From contig OX597822.1 of assembly GCA_951406725.2 (NCBI GenBank), positions 72,168,001-72,232,000 on the forward strand: a stretch of 64,000 nucleotides of DNA, read 5' to 3'. The notes below the pieces were generated by a model, which worked only from the letters and a program-made list of their open reading frames with translations, had not been told where the DNA came from and searched no databases. This DNA comes from Octopus vulgaris (lineage: Eukaryota). The first letter of the stretch is position 1. Every line of letters begins with the position of its first letter. The translations under genes and the position numbers were made by a program. Of the stretch, positions 39,292-51,344 are shown in pieces.

Positions 39292-39882
39292 GAAAATACA
39301 AACTGGGACAAGAACGTAAAACATTTAGAAGACGATACAAAAAACACGGACGGGACATTCGAAGCCTTCAATCTTCAGTCAAGAACCGGATCATCCTAGC
39401 AATTTCGAATATATATAGCGACGTCCGTACCCTCGTTGGCCTTATGTAAGTACATATTCCTATATATATACGAAGAGTTCTTTCGCAGTTTCCGTCTACC
39501 AAATTCAGTCATAAGGCATTGGTTGTTCCATTGGTTGTTCCTATAACAGAAAACATTCACTCAAGAATCCGCGCAGCGGGACTGAACACCAAAACAAGGG
39601 GTTGCAAAACAACCTTCTTAACTACACAGCCGTGACTATAATGTTAATAAAGAACAGTTATAGTTTTCTTTTAGTTGTTACATTGTTTCTTCGTGAAAAA
39701 AAGAGAAATAAAATATATAGGCGCAGGAGTGGATGTGTGGTAGATAGCTTGCTTACCAACCACATGGTTCCGGGTTCAGTCCCACTGCGTGGCACCTTGG
39801 GCAAGTGTCTTCTACTATAGCCTGGAGCCGACCAAAGCCTTGTGAGTGGATTTGGTAGACGGAAACTGAAAAGAAGCCCGTC

Positions 39883-39922
<40 letters not shown>

Positions 39923-40155
39923 CTGTGTGTATATGTTTGTGTGTCTGTGTTTGTCCCCCCAACATCGCCTGACAACCGATGCTGGTGTGTTTACGCCCCC
40001 GTAACTTAGCGGTTCGGCAAAAGAGACCGATAGAATTAGTACTAGGCTTACAAAGAATAAGCCGTGGGGGCGATTTGCTCGACTAAAGGCGGTGCCCCAG
40101 CATGGCCGCAGACAAATGACTGAAACAAGTAAAAGAGTAAAAGAGTAAAAAAGAG
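39065..40155. mobile_element. SINE family B pair (- 39065-39640, decayed and interrupted; + 39718-40155)
   Basis: Matches on both strands. Confidence 0.8.
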
Positions 40156-40702
40156 TATACGGCTCACATCTGTCCTCGAGAGGACTAGAAACATGAATAG
40201 GAATGAAGTATACCCATTGCAAGGAAATGAGATGAATCGAAATCAAAAACTTTGGGATTGAGAGAACAAACTTTGTTAACGTTGCCGCACTCCTTTGCAA
40301 CATTGGTTAATACTTGATTTGGTTATTTGATAGACCCAAATCATCCCTTCTCGAATAGGCCTATGATCAAAGACTTTCCCTCTGTATCATATCGAACGTC
40401 TTTAGCATATCAACGCCTATATTATCCAACGTCTACTTTCCTTTGTTAAGGCAGTTAGGAGTGATTATATTGAAACATGGTAGTTATATCTAGCACGCTG
40501 GGAGGCTTCACTACTGACTCGTTCGATAGCAGTTGTGTCTTTCTCCTAGGCACAACGCAGCGTGTCTGAATAGTAACCACCGCTATTCGCTTAATTGTTT
40601 GTTACCCTAATGTTCCCGAATATCTGTATCTGCAGTTGGGTATTAAACCCCAATTGATCTTGTTACTTGTTGGTACTTAAATCAGTTCTTCTTAGGAGAT
40701 AT

Positions 40703-41101
40703 TCTTTTCTATTCTAGGTGCAAGGCCTGAAATTTTGGGTGAAGGGGCCAGTCAAAAAATCGACTCCAGTACGTAACTGGTACTTAATTTATTGACCCCG
40801 AAAGGATGAAAGGCAAAGTCGACCTCAGCGGAATTTGAACTCAGAACGTAAAGACAGACGAAATACCTATTTCTTTACTACCCACAAGGGGCTAAACATA
40901 AAGAGGACAAACAAGGACAGACAAACGGATTAAGTCGATTATATCAGCCCCAGTGCGTAACTGGTACTAATTTAATCGACCCCGAAAAGATGAAAGGCAA
41001 AGTCGACCTCGGTGGAATTTGAACTCAGAACGTAACGGCAGACGAAATACCGCAAAGCATTTCGCCCGGCGTGCTAACGATTCTGCCAGCTCGCCGCCTT
41101 A
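40703..41101 (-). mobile_element. SINE family A dimer
   Basis: Same unit junction as the 29021 and 58154 copies. Confidence 0.88.
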
Positions 41102-42792
41102 GATGAAGAGATATTGGCACGAATACCAACTTAACTTCACACCAAGCCACTGTGGAACCAATCTAGTAGAAAAAAAAGTGTCTTGCGTTTGTTTTAATCC
41201 TTTTGCACTTGTAGCGTCAGTCACAAAGCCTGATATTGTGGTTGAGGCACTGGTCATGCATCGACTCCGACGCTCAAATGACACTTATTTTATCGACCCC
41301 GAAGGGATGAAAAGCAAGGTGGGCCTCGGCAAATTTGAACTTAGAACGTAAAGCAGGAAGAAATGTCGCAAACATTTTGTTCCACTTGCTAACGATTCTA
41401 CCAGTTTACTACCTTAAAAGTTTGCTATGAAATCCAACGTTAAACTCACTGTTTTCATGCATCGAATCTAGAGCAAATTTTCGTAGAAGAGATCAATCAC
41501 TTTGTGTATTGATATAGTAAGAATTGATTCCAGTATTTTAAGTTGCTGAAACTCACGCCACTTTTACAGCACATCTTTTGTTTATGGCAGTGATTCATAT
41601 AATTCTATCTATGAAAAAAAAATCCTACTTAAATTCAGGTAGATTAGAATGTTAAAAATTTAACGTTTTTACTAACAGACACACAGCGAAGTACTGGTGA
41701 TGCCACGATACAAGCCATCAGCCAGTAAGCAGATCACCTTTAGATTTGGCCAATTGCGTTTTTCCTCCTCTGCCGATAAAAAGATCAAAAGATGCGAATA
41801 TAATATTATCATTTTTTGATTCTAAAAGCGTAAAAGTTCTAAAAATACAATGTTGGTTATTGTCTTAAATCCAAAACTGATCTATTTAAATATTTATTTA
41901 TTACTTCTCGTTGGTTTTATACATCGGTTGTTTGAGCCCAAGTAATATAAAATTGTATTTTGTTCGCACAACCAACTCATTTCACGCACGCTCGAACACA
42001 CACATAAAGGCACACGCACACAAACACTCCTTAGCAAAATACATACCAACCCGTAATAAATACAAACCACACGGTTTCCTACACAAAACGCAAGTATAAA
42101 ACCAAGTACACAGACATGTTCACATACACTCTCACACACGGATACAAAACGCACACATACACAAAAGCAGAGAAGACAGTTCAATTTTATACACATCATA
42201 CATGAAAAGAACGTAAACTTTTACGTGTATACCCGAGACGCACACATAAATTACACATTCAAATAAACACAAATATTACAACAGTAATAAAAAAAAACAT
42301 ACAAACTGCAACATTGTTTAATACCCAGAAAAGATAAACACAAAGGCATAACAACAACAACAACAACAACGAAACGTTGCATCTCACAAACAGATTGCAA
42401 ATTAAAATATTCAGTAAATTCAGGAAATTTCTTTAGAAAAACACAATGAATGCTTCATATGTTAGTATTGGAGACCGAAATAGCCTTTAAAAGGAACCAA
42501 TACCTATTGTTATATATTATCAACATCGCTGGATAAGAACATAGATTTTTATATTTTGTTGGCAAGTCTTGTTTTGGAAACAGAATGGAAAAGAGAATGA
42601 AAGTACGTAAAGTATTATTAATTTTTTTTTTAATATTAAGTTTTCTCTCGCAAGGGAACATGACTTGGCAGTCTGTGCGATTCTTTCGCTAATTTGTTTT
42701 AGGTACTTTTTCGGTCACAATCAGATATATACCCGATCTGGACCTTCACACTTTTGACCCGACGGAGCACCCGGGATATAATAGCTGGGGAA

Positions 42793-42838
<46 letters not shown>

Positions 42839-42990
42839 ATAAACTCAGGGATGCTTACAGCTAGAGCTCATCACAGTTGGGTAGGTTTGAGCACCGAGAA
42901 ATAAAGTATTATATTTAAAGACGGAAGTAAACCTGGGATATTATGATCATAAACTGCGCAAACAAATATGTAGAAACGAACACTCATAAG

Positions 42991-43228
42991 AATACCTATT
43001 TCTTTATTACCTACAAGGGGCTAAACATAGAGGAGACAAACATGGACAGACATAGGTATTAAGTCGATTATATCGACCCCAGTGCTTAACTGGTACTTAA
43101 TTTATCGACCCCGAAAGGATGAAAGGCAAAGTCGACCTCGGCGGAATTTGAACTCACAACGTAACGGCAGCCGAAATACCGCTAAGCATTTCGCCCGACG
43201 TGCTAACGATTCTGCTAGCTCGCCGTTT
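42991..43228 (-). mobile_element. SINE family A monomer with the LINE-like tail
   Basis: Head, core and tail ...tttagccccttgtaggtaataaagaaatagg. Confidence 0.85.
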
Positions 43229-43312
43229 ATTGTGTAAGAGAGACTATATCTAGAAGAACGGGTTGCGTTTTTTCTCGCCATACATGTTTTCGTTGTAAAG
43301 GTTTTATAATAT

Positions 43313-43651
43313 TCATTCTATTATAGGCACGATGGTTGAAATTTTTTGTAAGAGGGCTTGTCGATTACATTGATCCCCAGGATAAAAGGCAAAGTCGACC
43401 TCGGTGTGATTCGATCTCAGAACGTAAAGAGCCGGAATAAATAACACAAAAGCATTTATCCAATGCTCTAGCCTTTCTACCAGCTCGTCATGTTTGAATG
43501 GTTTCGAATTTTGGAAATATGACTGATAATATATCTTACCAACCCCGAAAGGATGACGAGTAACGTTGACCTCGACAGGATTTGAACTTAGAACGAAAGC
43601 ATATAACACAAAGCATTTTTCCAACCTCCGTGCTAACGATTCTGCCAGCTC
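43313..43651 (-). mobile_element. two decayed SINE family A copies; the second is split by the ORF1-only element
   Basis: Core matches; the head continues at 45409-45437. Confidence 0.7.
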
Positions 43652-45408
43652 GATTTCTTTTATTTAGGCACATGGCCTTTATGAAGTGGGGACACCGCAA
43701 GGACAGACAAAACAAGGCATTGAGGTACATATAAAACACATATCGAATGAACTATGACCATGATAAAAAATGAGGATGAAATGGCTTAGTCGCCCCCCCC
43801 CACCAAGTAAGCATTTTACTGTTATTTGAAATTACAGTTCACTTTACAGTCATGAATTTTTTTTGTTTTTTAAACATACAATTACAACAAATATTGCATA
43901 AGATCGTCGAAAATTACAACAAATATTGCATAAGATCGTCGAAAATTACAACAGGCGGTAACTCGTCGTATCTAAACTGAAGTGGTGATATTACAACTCT
44001 GTTTTTTTTTTTCAAACAGTTCTACTAATCTCTCCCCAATAGCACGCCCTTCTTACCTCCTGAGTTTGCCGATTTCACTCTGATAACATTTTTCATCTCC
44101 CTTTTCGATTTCAACACTTTTTTCGTATCCTATGAGGTTTCGTAAATTTCTCCCGGTAGATATCTTTCTCTGATATCTTTCACCACTCTCTTCGTCCGAC
44201 ACAGTTTTCTCTGTCTCAAATTCGCTGTCTCTTTCGTTTTCGTTCTTCTGTCGTGCTCCTTCTTCTTCCTTACTGGTTGAAGGCAACGGTTCCTGAGTTC
44301 GCATTTCACTTGATTTTTCATTTGATTTTTCATTTGATTTTCCATTTTTCTTCTTTTCTTTCATGTTCTCTTTCCCGTTTGTTTTTCTTTTTTTCTCGTT
44401 GGGGCTTTTAGGTGGTGACTCTAAATTCTGTTTTCTTTTCACCACCGTAAATTGCCCGTCTATTTTCTTCTTTGCTACAACTGTACTCTCTTCTTGAATT
44501 TCTGTTTCTGTTATTTCCTCCTCGTGTTTCTAGGGACATTTAGCTTTCATGTGTCCCCTTACTCCACACGCAAAACATATTGGAGGTCTACTTTCCACAA
44601 CAATCCTTAATCTGGTCTCGTCTGGCAACACCAGCTCTTCCATAATCTTAAGGAGTTCTGGTAGGCTTATATCGACTATTAGTTCTAGCCGATATCCCCA
44701 CCAGTTTACCTCCGTAGTCTTTGACATTTTTTAAACTTCTGCATCTTCCTCTGTATGATAGAGGATGGCTGCCACTAACCATGCCTCATCAGTTTCAGGG
44801 GGCACTCTACCTATCCTTACTCTGGCCGCACGTTTGCCACAGTAAGTAGGTAGTAGTGCCCACTCCGCTGATTTCAAGGCTACAGTGGAGTACTTCTTTA
44901 CTTCATTTTCGTTTACGAAGCGCACCTCCACCGTACCGAACTTTCGTCCTCTGGTGTAGAATGTAATCGATTCTTTCACCTCTTTCAAATATTCCTCTAC
45001 CGCTTCTACGGCTGCTATCTCTACTTTCTTCGACGCTATATTTAGCGTTCTATAGATGATAGTTCTCTTTTCTCGGTATTTTCAATAACTTCCTTGGGAG
45101 GCGTCAGTCTGAGACTGTCTCCCTCCTTTCTCAACAAGATATTGTATTTCTTGAAGTCCTTGTCTTTGACTTCTATCTCACGGACCTGCAGTAGCTCCGC
45201 TGACAGGCTTTTTCCAGTCGCCGCAGCATAACTGCCTGTCTGCACTTGTCTATTCTCCATAATAATAATGTTCTTCACAACTTCGCCCATAAATGGAGAA
45301 GACAAATAAAAATTCCAACAAATTCAAGTAATAACAATAATTCAACAATTTAAGAAATAACAGGTTTACAATAATAGGACTCACACTTTCTACTCAAAAA
45401 CAATAACA
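43652..45408 (-). mobile_element. ORF1-only (half-LINE-like) non-LTR element with gag-like ORF1 pseudogene and 17-bp TSD
   Basis: Frameshifted ORF pieces 45042-45305, 44731-44988, 44530-44727 and 44053-44445 include the zinc knuckle CFACGVRGHMKAKC (CX2CX4HX4C). No RT follows; a ~400-nt 3' UTR ends in AAATAAAAGAAATC. Flanking direct repeats AACG(A/T)TTCTGCCAGCTC at 43635-43651 and 45409-45425. Confidence 0.85.
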
Positions 45409-45454
45409 AACGTTTCTGCCAGCTCATTTAACCTTAAGGTTCTACAATATATTT

Positions 45455-45680
45455 TTCTTTTTATCATATACACAAGGCCTGAAATTTTAGAGGTCAGGGC
45501 TAATCGATTACATCGACCCCAGTACTTGACAAGTATTTTATTTTATCAACCCCGATAAGATAAAAGGCAATATTGACCTCAGCAGGATTTGAACTCAGAA
45601 CTTAAAGAGCCAGGAGAAAATGCTGTGAAGCATTTTGCTTCACGTGCTAACGATTATGGATTCTGCCGGCTCGTTACTTT
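45455..45680 (-). mobile_element. SINE family A
   Basis: Core and short-tail matches. Confidence 0.75.
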
Positions 45681-45908
45681 ATTCTTCTATAATATCGAAC
45701 ACATGGATTATCTCAATAACTGTTAGCTATTATTTTAAAGACTACGGTTCTTCGATATTATACTAGCATTCACATGATTACATTTTGCACTGGAAGTTGT
45801 CTATTTGCAACACTGTAGCAAATTTCTGAAAGCAAACGTCAAAAATGATAATCAATTTTATCTTCTGCTCTCGCTCCATCCTTATATCTATATAAGCACT
45901 TAGTTAAT

Positions 45909-45964
<56 letters not shown>

Positions 45965-46044
45965 TAAACCAATACACCTACTTGTTGGTCTTATACCAGT
46001 CTTCGTCTTTTGTTTTTCTGTAAATCTGAACTATACATATATAG

Positions 46045-46410
46045 TATTCTTTTATTTGTTTCAGTTATTTGACTGCAGCCATGCTGGAGCACCGCCTTTA
46101 GACGAATAAATCGACCCCAGGGCTTATTCTTTGTAAGCCTAATACTTATTCTATGAGTCTTCATTTGCTGAACCTCTAAGTTACAGGGACGTAAACACAC
46201 CAACGTCGGTTGTCAAGTCATGATGGGGGACAAATACAGACACACAGACATACATATATGTATATATGTACGACGGGTTTCTTCCAGTTTCTGCCTACTA
46301 AAGCTACACACGAGGCTTTGGTCGGCCCGAGGCTATAGTAAAAGACACTTGCCCAAGGTGCCACACAGTCGGACCCATGTGGTTGGTAAGCAAGCTACTT
46401 ACCACAGTAC
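46045..46410 (-). mobile_element. SINE family B
   Basis: Full-length match. Confidence 0.8.
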
Positions 46411-46419
46411 AGGCGCTTG

Positions 46420-46652
46420 GTCATAAAAAAAAAAATATATGTATACGAGTATATCTTCAACAGGAAAAAGAAGAGATTGCCAAAAGAATACTTGATGGTG
46501 GTAGTTTCGTTGCTGTGGGTCTCGAATTTGATGACAATAAATCTCATGTTGGCTTCGTTTAGAATGTACGTGCAGATGATTCAGTTATCACTGATTTATT
46601 TATTACTGAGTTTATTTTAACCAAACATCCGTGATAAGCAAGGATATGTGTA
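46420..46652 (+). mobile_element. pogo/Tigger-like remnant, same family as 19050-19400
   Basis: RVYLQQEKEEIAKRILDGGSFVAVGLEFDDNKS. Confidence 0.55.
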
Positions 46653-47699
46653 TAAAACATTTGTGCGCCATGCATATAAATATGAGTGAAGCATCTTTCT
46701 CTGAGAAGAGATTCCTCTAAGTTTGGCGTCTTCATGGTATGATGTGTCTTCTGTGAAGAATGTTTAACTGACATAAGGAATTCGGAAAAGAAACCGAATG
46801 GTGTTTTATTTTTTTTTATTCCTCTTGCCTGTCTTTTGGTATTTATTTCAACTTTGATATTAAAAAAATAACTCGATAGTAGCGAATTATTGCGACAGCA
46901 AACCCTACAACTTTGTACAGCTGTCACTTCCGATAGTGCGCAATTAATTTTGTCTGACAACTAATCGATATTAGATTTTAATGTAGAAGTGAAATCAATG
47001 AAAAAAAAAGGTATTTTATTCTTAATATTTTTTTTTCATTTTTGGAGCTTATTAACTATAAACATTGGGAAAGAACTTTCTAGAATCCTCATTGAATAAT
47101 GCGTGTCATTAAAAAAAAAAAAAGGAAAAAATGAACAGAAGCACTCTTATTCTCTAATGGAACCGAGTATTATTTTGCCAACAGCTTTTTTTTCTGAGTT
47201 TTGATTCCATTGAATTTTTGCAGATTGTGTATTTACTGTTAAATAATTCATATCTTTACTCTCTTTCCCACACACTTGCTTTCTTCTCATCTTCATACAT
47301 CTGTCTGTCTGTCTGTCTCTTTTCTATCTTTTCTCTGTCTTCATCTATCTCGTCTCCCAACTTTCTCTCTTTTTCTTATCGTTTTTTCTGTTCCTTTTTT
47401 TCCCCATGCAATAATTGTATGTAAATCTCCTTTTAAATCTTTCACATTTCGTTTCTTCCGCTATCGTTTTTAATCTCTGATCTCATGTAACTCTCTTTGT
47501 GTCCGCAGCTTCTGGACCAACAAAATATTAGTCTTGTCTTCTGTGTCGAAGAGCGGAGTTGTCCTTCACAGATTTTTACTTTTTGGGTCACGTCCACTAT
47601 TTCTATTTTTACTGACCTACAACCAAGGTAAATTGGTATGAAGACCTATTCATCACTCATTAGGGTTGTTGTGGAGTGCTTCCTGACCTCGTCTACTGT

Positions 47700-47950
47700 C
47701 GTGAAAGCGCATGGCTTAGGGTGTTGGATTCATAACCGATTGATTGTGGTTTCGATTCCTGGACCGGGACCGGGCGATGCGTTGTGTTCTTGAGCAGAAC
47801 ACTTCGTTTCATGTTGCTTCAATCCACTCAGATGGTAAAAATGAGTTATCCTGCGACGGACTGGCGTCTCGTCCAGGGCACAATATATACGTCACAGAAA
47901 TAGGAAAACCGGCGGCCCTATGAGTCTATATGACTTGGGAAGAGATTTTA
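47700..47950 (+). mobile_element. SINE family D (tRNA-like head, V-domain-like segment); relatives at 28594-28830 (+) and 32690-32870 (-)
   Basis: ggtttcgattcc B-box, ttgtgttcttgagc, ctgcgacggactggcgtctcgtccaggg. Confidence 0.6.
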
Positions 47951-48208
47951 TCCTGTCCTATCATTTATTGGCAGAAATATCACTTCTACTATATTGCGCT
48001 TTACACCTAGTATCACAAGCTTTCGTTTCTTAGATTAATCTGAAGCAATTTTCTATTTGTTGACGTATCGCCTCCTCTATTTTCCGACGTTTTACTCCAA
48101 TAGATTTGTAAACAAGTTTTGAGATTGGTTTCTTGTTGGATGGATTCTGATATATTTAAAGCTATGTTTCGGCCAGACCTCGTAAGGATAATTTTTGATT
48201 CATTAGAT

Positions 48209-48562
48209 CACAGGTTCTCAACCATCTTTTTTATTATTTATGGACCCCTTTGATTACTATTTTATTCTGGTGGAACCCTATCCCTATTCGATGTTTAAAA
48301 ACCAGTTATATAGATACTTAAAAAAAATTTTCTATTTTGTTTTTCAAACATTAACTTGTGTATATTGAACGATGTAAAATGCTAGAGAAAGAAACCTAGC
48401 TGTTTCTTGCAATGCATACCAATACACACGTCTAAAGCAAAATATTTTCTGGGGCCCTTAAAACACTGTTTGTGGATCCCCAATTTACTATTTTGTTACG
48501 TGGACACCCCAAAATCTTATATGAACCCTTAGGGGCCGTGTGGACCTGGTTGAAAACTACTG
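48209..48562. mobile_element. hAT/Charlie-type MITE
   Basis: Ends cacaggttctcaacc / ggttgaaaactactg; 8-bp TSD-like cattagat / ctttagac. Confidence 0.7.
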
Positions 48563-48684
48563 CTTTAGACAATAAATTAATTTTTTTTTTACCTGACGCA
48601 CAGAGCTGATGAATCTGCTAAATACGATGTTTTTTGGTCGATGTGTCTTGATTTTTTCTTTATTATGTTAATATTATGTTATTA

Positions 48685-49037
48685 TTAGTGGACTCGCTGT
48701 CGTAAAATCGCGGTTTCGATTCCCAGACCGGGCATTGTGAGTGTTTATTGACCGAAAACACCTACAACTCCACGAAGCTCCAGCAGTGGGTGGTGGCGAA
48801 CCCTTTTGTACTCTTTCCCCACAACTCTCTCCAACTCTTGCTCTCAGTTTCGGTTATACCTGTATTTCAAAGGGCCAGCCTTATCACACTCTGTGTCACG
48901 CTGAATCTCCCTGAAAACTACGTTAAGGGTACACGTGTCTGTAGAGTGCTCAGCCAGTTGCACGTTAATTTCACAGGCAGGCTGTTCCATTGATCGGATC
49001 AACTGGAAGCCTCGTCGTCGCAACCGACGGAATACCA
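48685..49037 (+). mobile_element. SINE family C
   Basis: Colinear with 19470-19828. Confidence 0.8.
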
Positions 49038-49105
49038 TAATGGTGGTAGAATTTGCTGTAATTTTAAAGTGATAATTTAAACTAAGTTTTCTGTATTTTA
49101 TTCTA

Positions 49106-49667
49106 TTGGGTTGTCCGGAAAGTTCGTGCCGATTTATAGTAGATTAACTTTCGACTTATTTTAGAACATGGCTGAGTCCATAAAATGGGATTTGACTACA
49201 CCATTTAGAGCACAGTTTAAGCTATCTTTTCGTGGAAGAAGTTTTATGTTCCTATAACCTGTGTTAATTCTGTAACCCTTTAAAATGGAAGATAAGAAAG
49301 TTCATTTTCGGCACTTGATGCTTTGGGAACCAGACAAAAATTGCTGCAGCTCGGCTGGGATGTGTTACCCCACCCACCATACTCACCAGGTATTGCTCCT
49401 TCGGATTTCCACTTATTTAGGTCTCTACAGAATAGTCTTAATGGAAAAAGTTCAATTCCTTGGATGACATAAAAAGATAACTTGATGAATTCTTTGCCAT
49501 GAAAACCCCTCAGTTCTGGGAAGAGGGTATTTTCAAGTTAAAGGAAAGATGGAGATGCACTGTGCAACAAAATGGTTCATATTTGGTTGATTAAAAATGT
49601 AATGGCAAGTATTTATTGACCTTTTTCTTTCCTTTAAAAATCGGCACGAACTTTCCGGACAGCCCAA
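49106..49667 (+). mobile_element. internally deleted mariner (non-autonomous)
   Basis: 30-bp TIRs ttgggttgtccggaaagttcgtgccgattt / aaatcggcacgaactttccggacagcccaa with TA on both sides. Transposase N-terminus MEDKKVHFRHLMLWE is fused to LGWDVLPHPPYSPGIAPSDFHLFRSLQN. Confidence 0.92.
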
Positions 49668-50380
49668 TAATTTTGTTGTTCTCATCGTTATTGCTATTGT
49701 CATTTTCACATTTATTTTTGTGCCGTTGTTTTTTGTTGTTACTTTGGATGTTGTTTCTGTCTGTACTGGTGGTGAAGGCGATGGTGGTGAAGATTGTAGT
49801 GGTGGTGGTGATGTTGTTTTGCTTGAACATGGAAAAGGCAGAGTCAAAACAGTGATTCCATTCGGTAATTTCGCTCCCTTGAATTTTGCTGGATAATTCG
49901 AGGTTATGCTTATTTTTAGACTTTGTTTTTCAGAAATGAGCAAATTCCACGGAAATAATCCACAAATTCCGACCCGTAGGGCGAAAATAACGGAGGAAAT
50001 GTGGAGTTCCCCAGAATCATTAAAAACTTATGTTTTTCACCACAACTCTCTCCCACTCTTGCTCCCAGTTTCAGTTATACCTGTATTTCAAAGAGGAAAA
50101 AAATCTTGAACCTGCATCTTTGAAAAACAGCTAAAATACAACCGGAAGCGACGCATTGTTGACATCATCACAACCACCACTAAAACCTCCACCACCACCA
50201 CCACCACCATCACCACTACTGCCACCACAACCACCATCACCATCACCACCACTAAACACAGCACCACCACCACCAACAAGAACAACAATAATTAACAGAT
50301 TTTACATTTTCTTTCTTATTTCTGGAAAGAGATCACGAAATGCCAACAGCTTTACATGTAAATAAAATCCTGTTATTTAC

Positions 50381-50490
50381 CTGTTGTACATTAATATATC
50401 AGGTTTCCATAATTTTTTCGGCGGCAATCGAATAAGTGTTATATTTCCAAAGTCCTCGGGGTTCCAAACCAAATTTGTATCGTTCCATTT
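50381..50490 (-). CDS. CHRNA7-like: nAChR alpha7-like subunit, internal coding exon (equivalent to vertebrate CHRNA7 exon 4; loop A)
   Basis: Minus strand reads ttttcaccatag|AAA TGG AAC ... ATG TAC AAC AG|gtaaat = KWNDTNLVWNPEDFGNITLIRLPPKKLWKPDILMYN(S). Contains the WKPD motif and loop-A Tyr, canonical AG/GT, 110 nt, and a phase-2 end that joins the 17447 exon to make Ser (AG|T). Not in the ORF track. Confidence 0.95.
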
Positions 50491-50599
50491 CTATGGTGAA
50501 AAGCAAAAAAGAAAAAGAAAAAAAGAAACAAGTGAAATAAAAATAGCAACAATAGGAATAATGATTTAAAAAAAAATATAGACGAAAAAAATCTGGAAT

Positions 50600-51340
50600 T
50601 TATTCTTTTCTACTCTAGGCACAGGGCCCGAAATTTTTTGGGGAGGGGGCCAATCGATTAGATCGACCCCAGTATGCAACTAGTATTTAATTTATCGACC
50701 CCGAAAGGATGAAAGGCAAAGTCAACCTCGACGGAATTTGAACTCAGAACGAAAAAACAGACGAAATACTGCTAAGCATTTCACCCGGTGTGCTAACGTT
50801 TCTACCAGCACGCCACATTGAAATCTGGAATTTATTGTGAAAGGGTACGGTCTTTGCGTCAAGTTTATCTCTTTCTGATTGACACGGCTGAAGCGGGTAT
50901 AATACAGATTCATGTTAAACTATAAGGCGGCGAGCTGGCAGAATCGTTAGCACGCTGGGTAAAATGTTTAACGGCATTTCGTCTCTCTTTAAATTCTGCG
51001 TTCAAATGTCGCCGAGGTCAACTTTACCTTTCATCCTTTCGGGGTCGATAAAATAAGTACCAGTTGATCACGGGGTTCGATGTAGTCGACTCACCCCGCC
51101 CCACCACGAAGTGGCTGGCCTTGTTGCCAAAACATGAAACCAGTATTAGAGTACAAGGAAGTAATATTGATTTGAAATTTTTGAACAAGATTAGTAATTT
51201 CGGAGGAATAAGTAAGTTGATTACATCGGACCCAGTGATCAACTGGTACTTATTTTATCGACCCCGAAAGGATAAAAGGTAAAGTTGACCTCGTCAGAAT
51301 TTGAACTCAGAACGTAAAGACGGATGAAATTGCGCTAAGC
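50600..51340. mobile_element. three SINE family A copies in alternating orientation (- 50600-50817, + 50924-51146, - 51170-51340)
   Basis: Head and core matches on both strands. Confidence 0.85.
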
Positions 51341-51344
51341 CTTA

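Larger units (their letters stand above)
17448..50380 (-). other. 32,933-nt GT-AG phase-2 intron of the nAChR gene
   Basis: GT at 50380-50379 and AG at 17449-17448; splicing restores ...LMYNSANEVFD..., the conserved YNS junction. Confidence 0.88.

Noticed and set aside
41893-42780. Possible LINE 3' end with (TAAA)n tail on the minus strand
   Set aside because: No recognisable protein motif; cannot be assigned.
50088-50365. Pro-rich and Val-rich ORFs next to the exon
   Set aside because: (CAC)n trinucleotide low-complexity tract in the intron.
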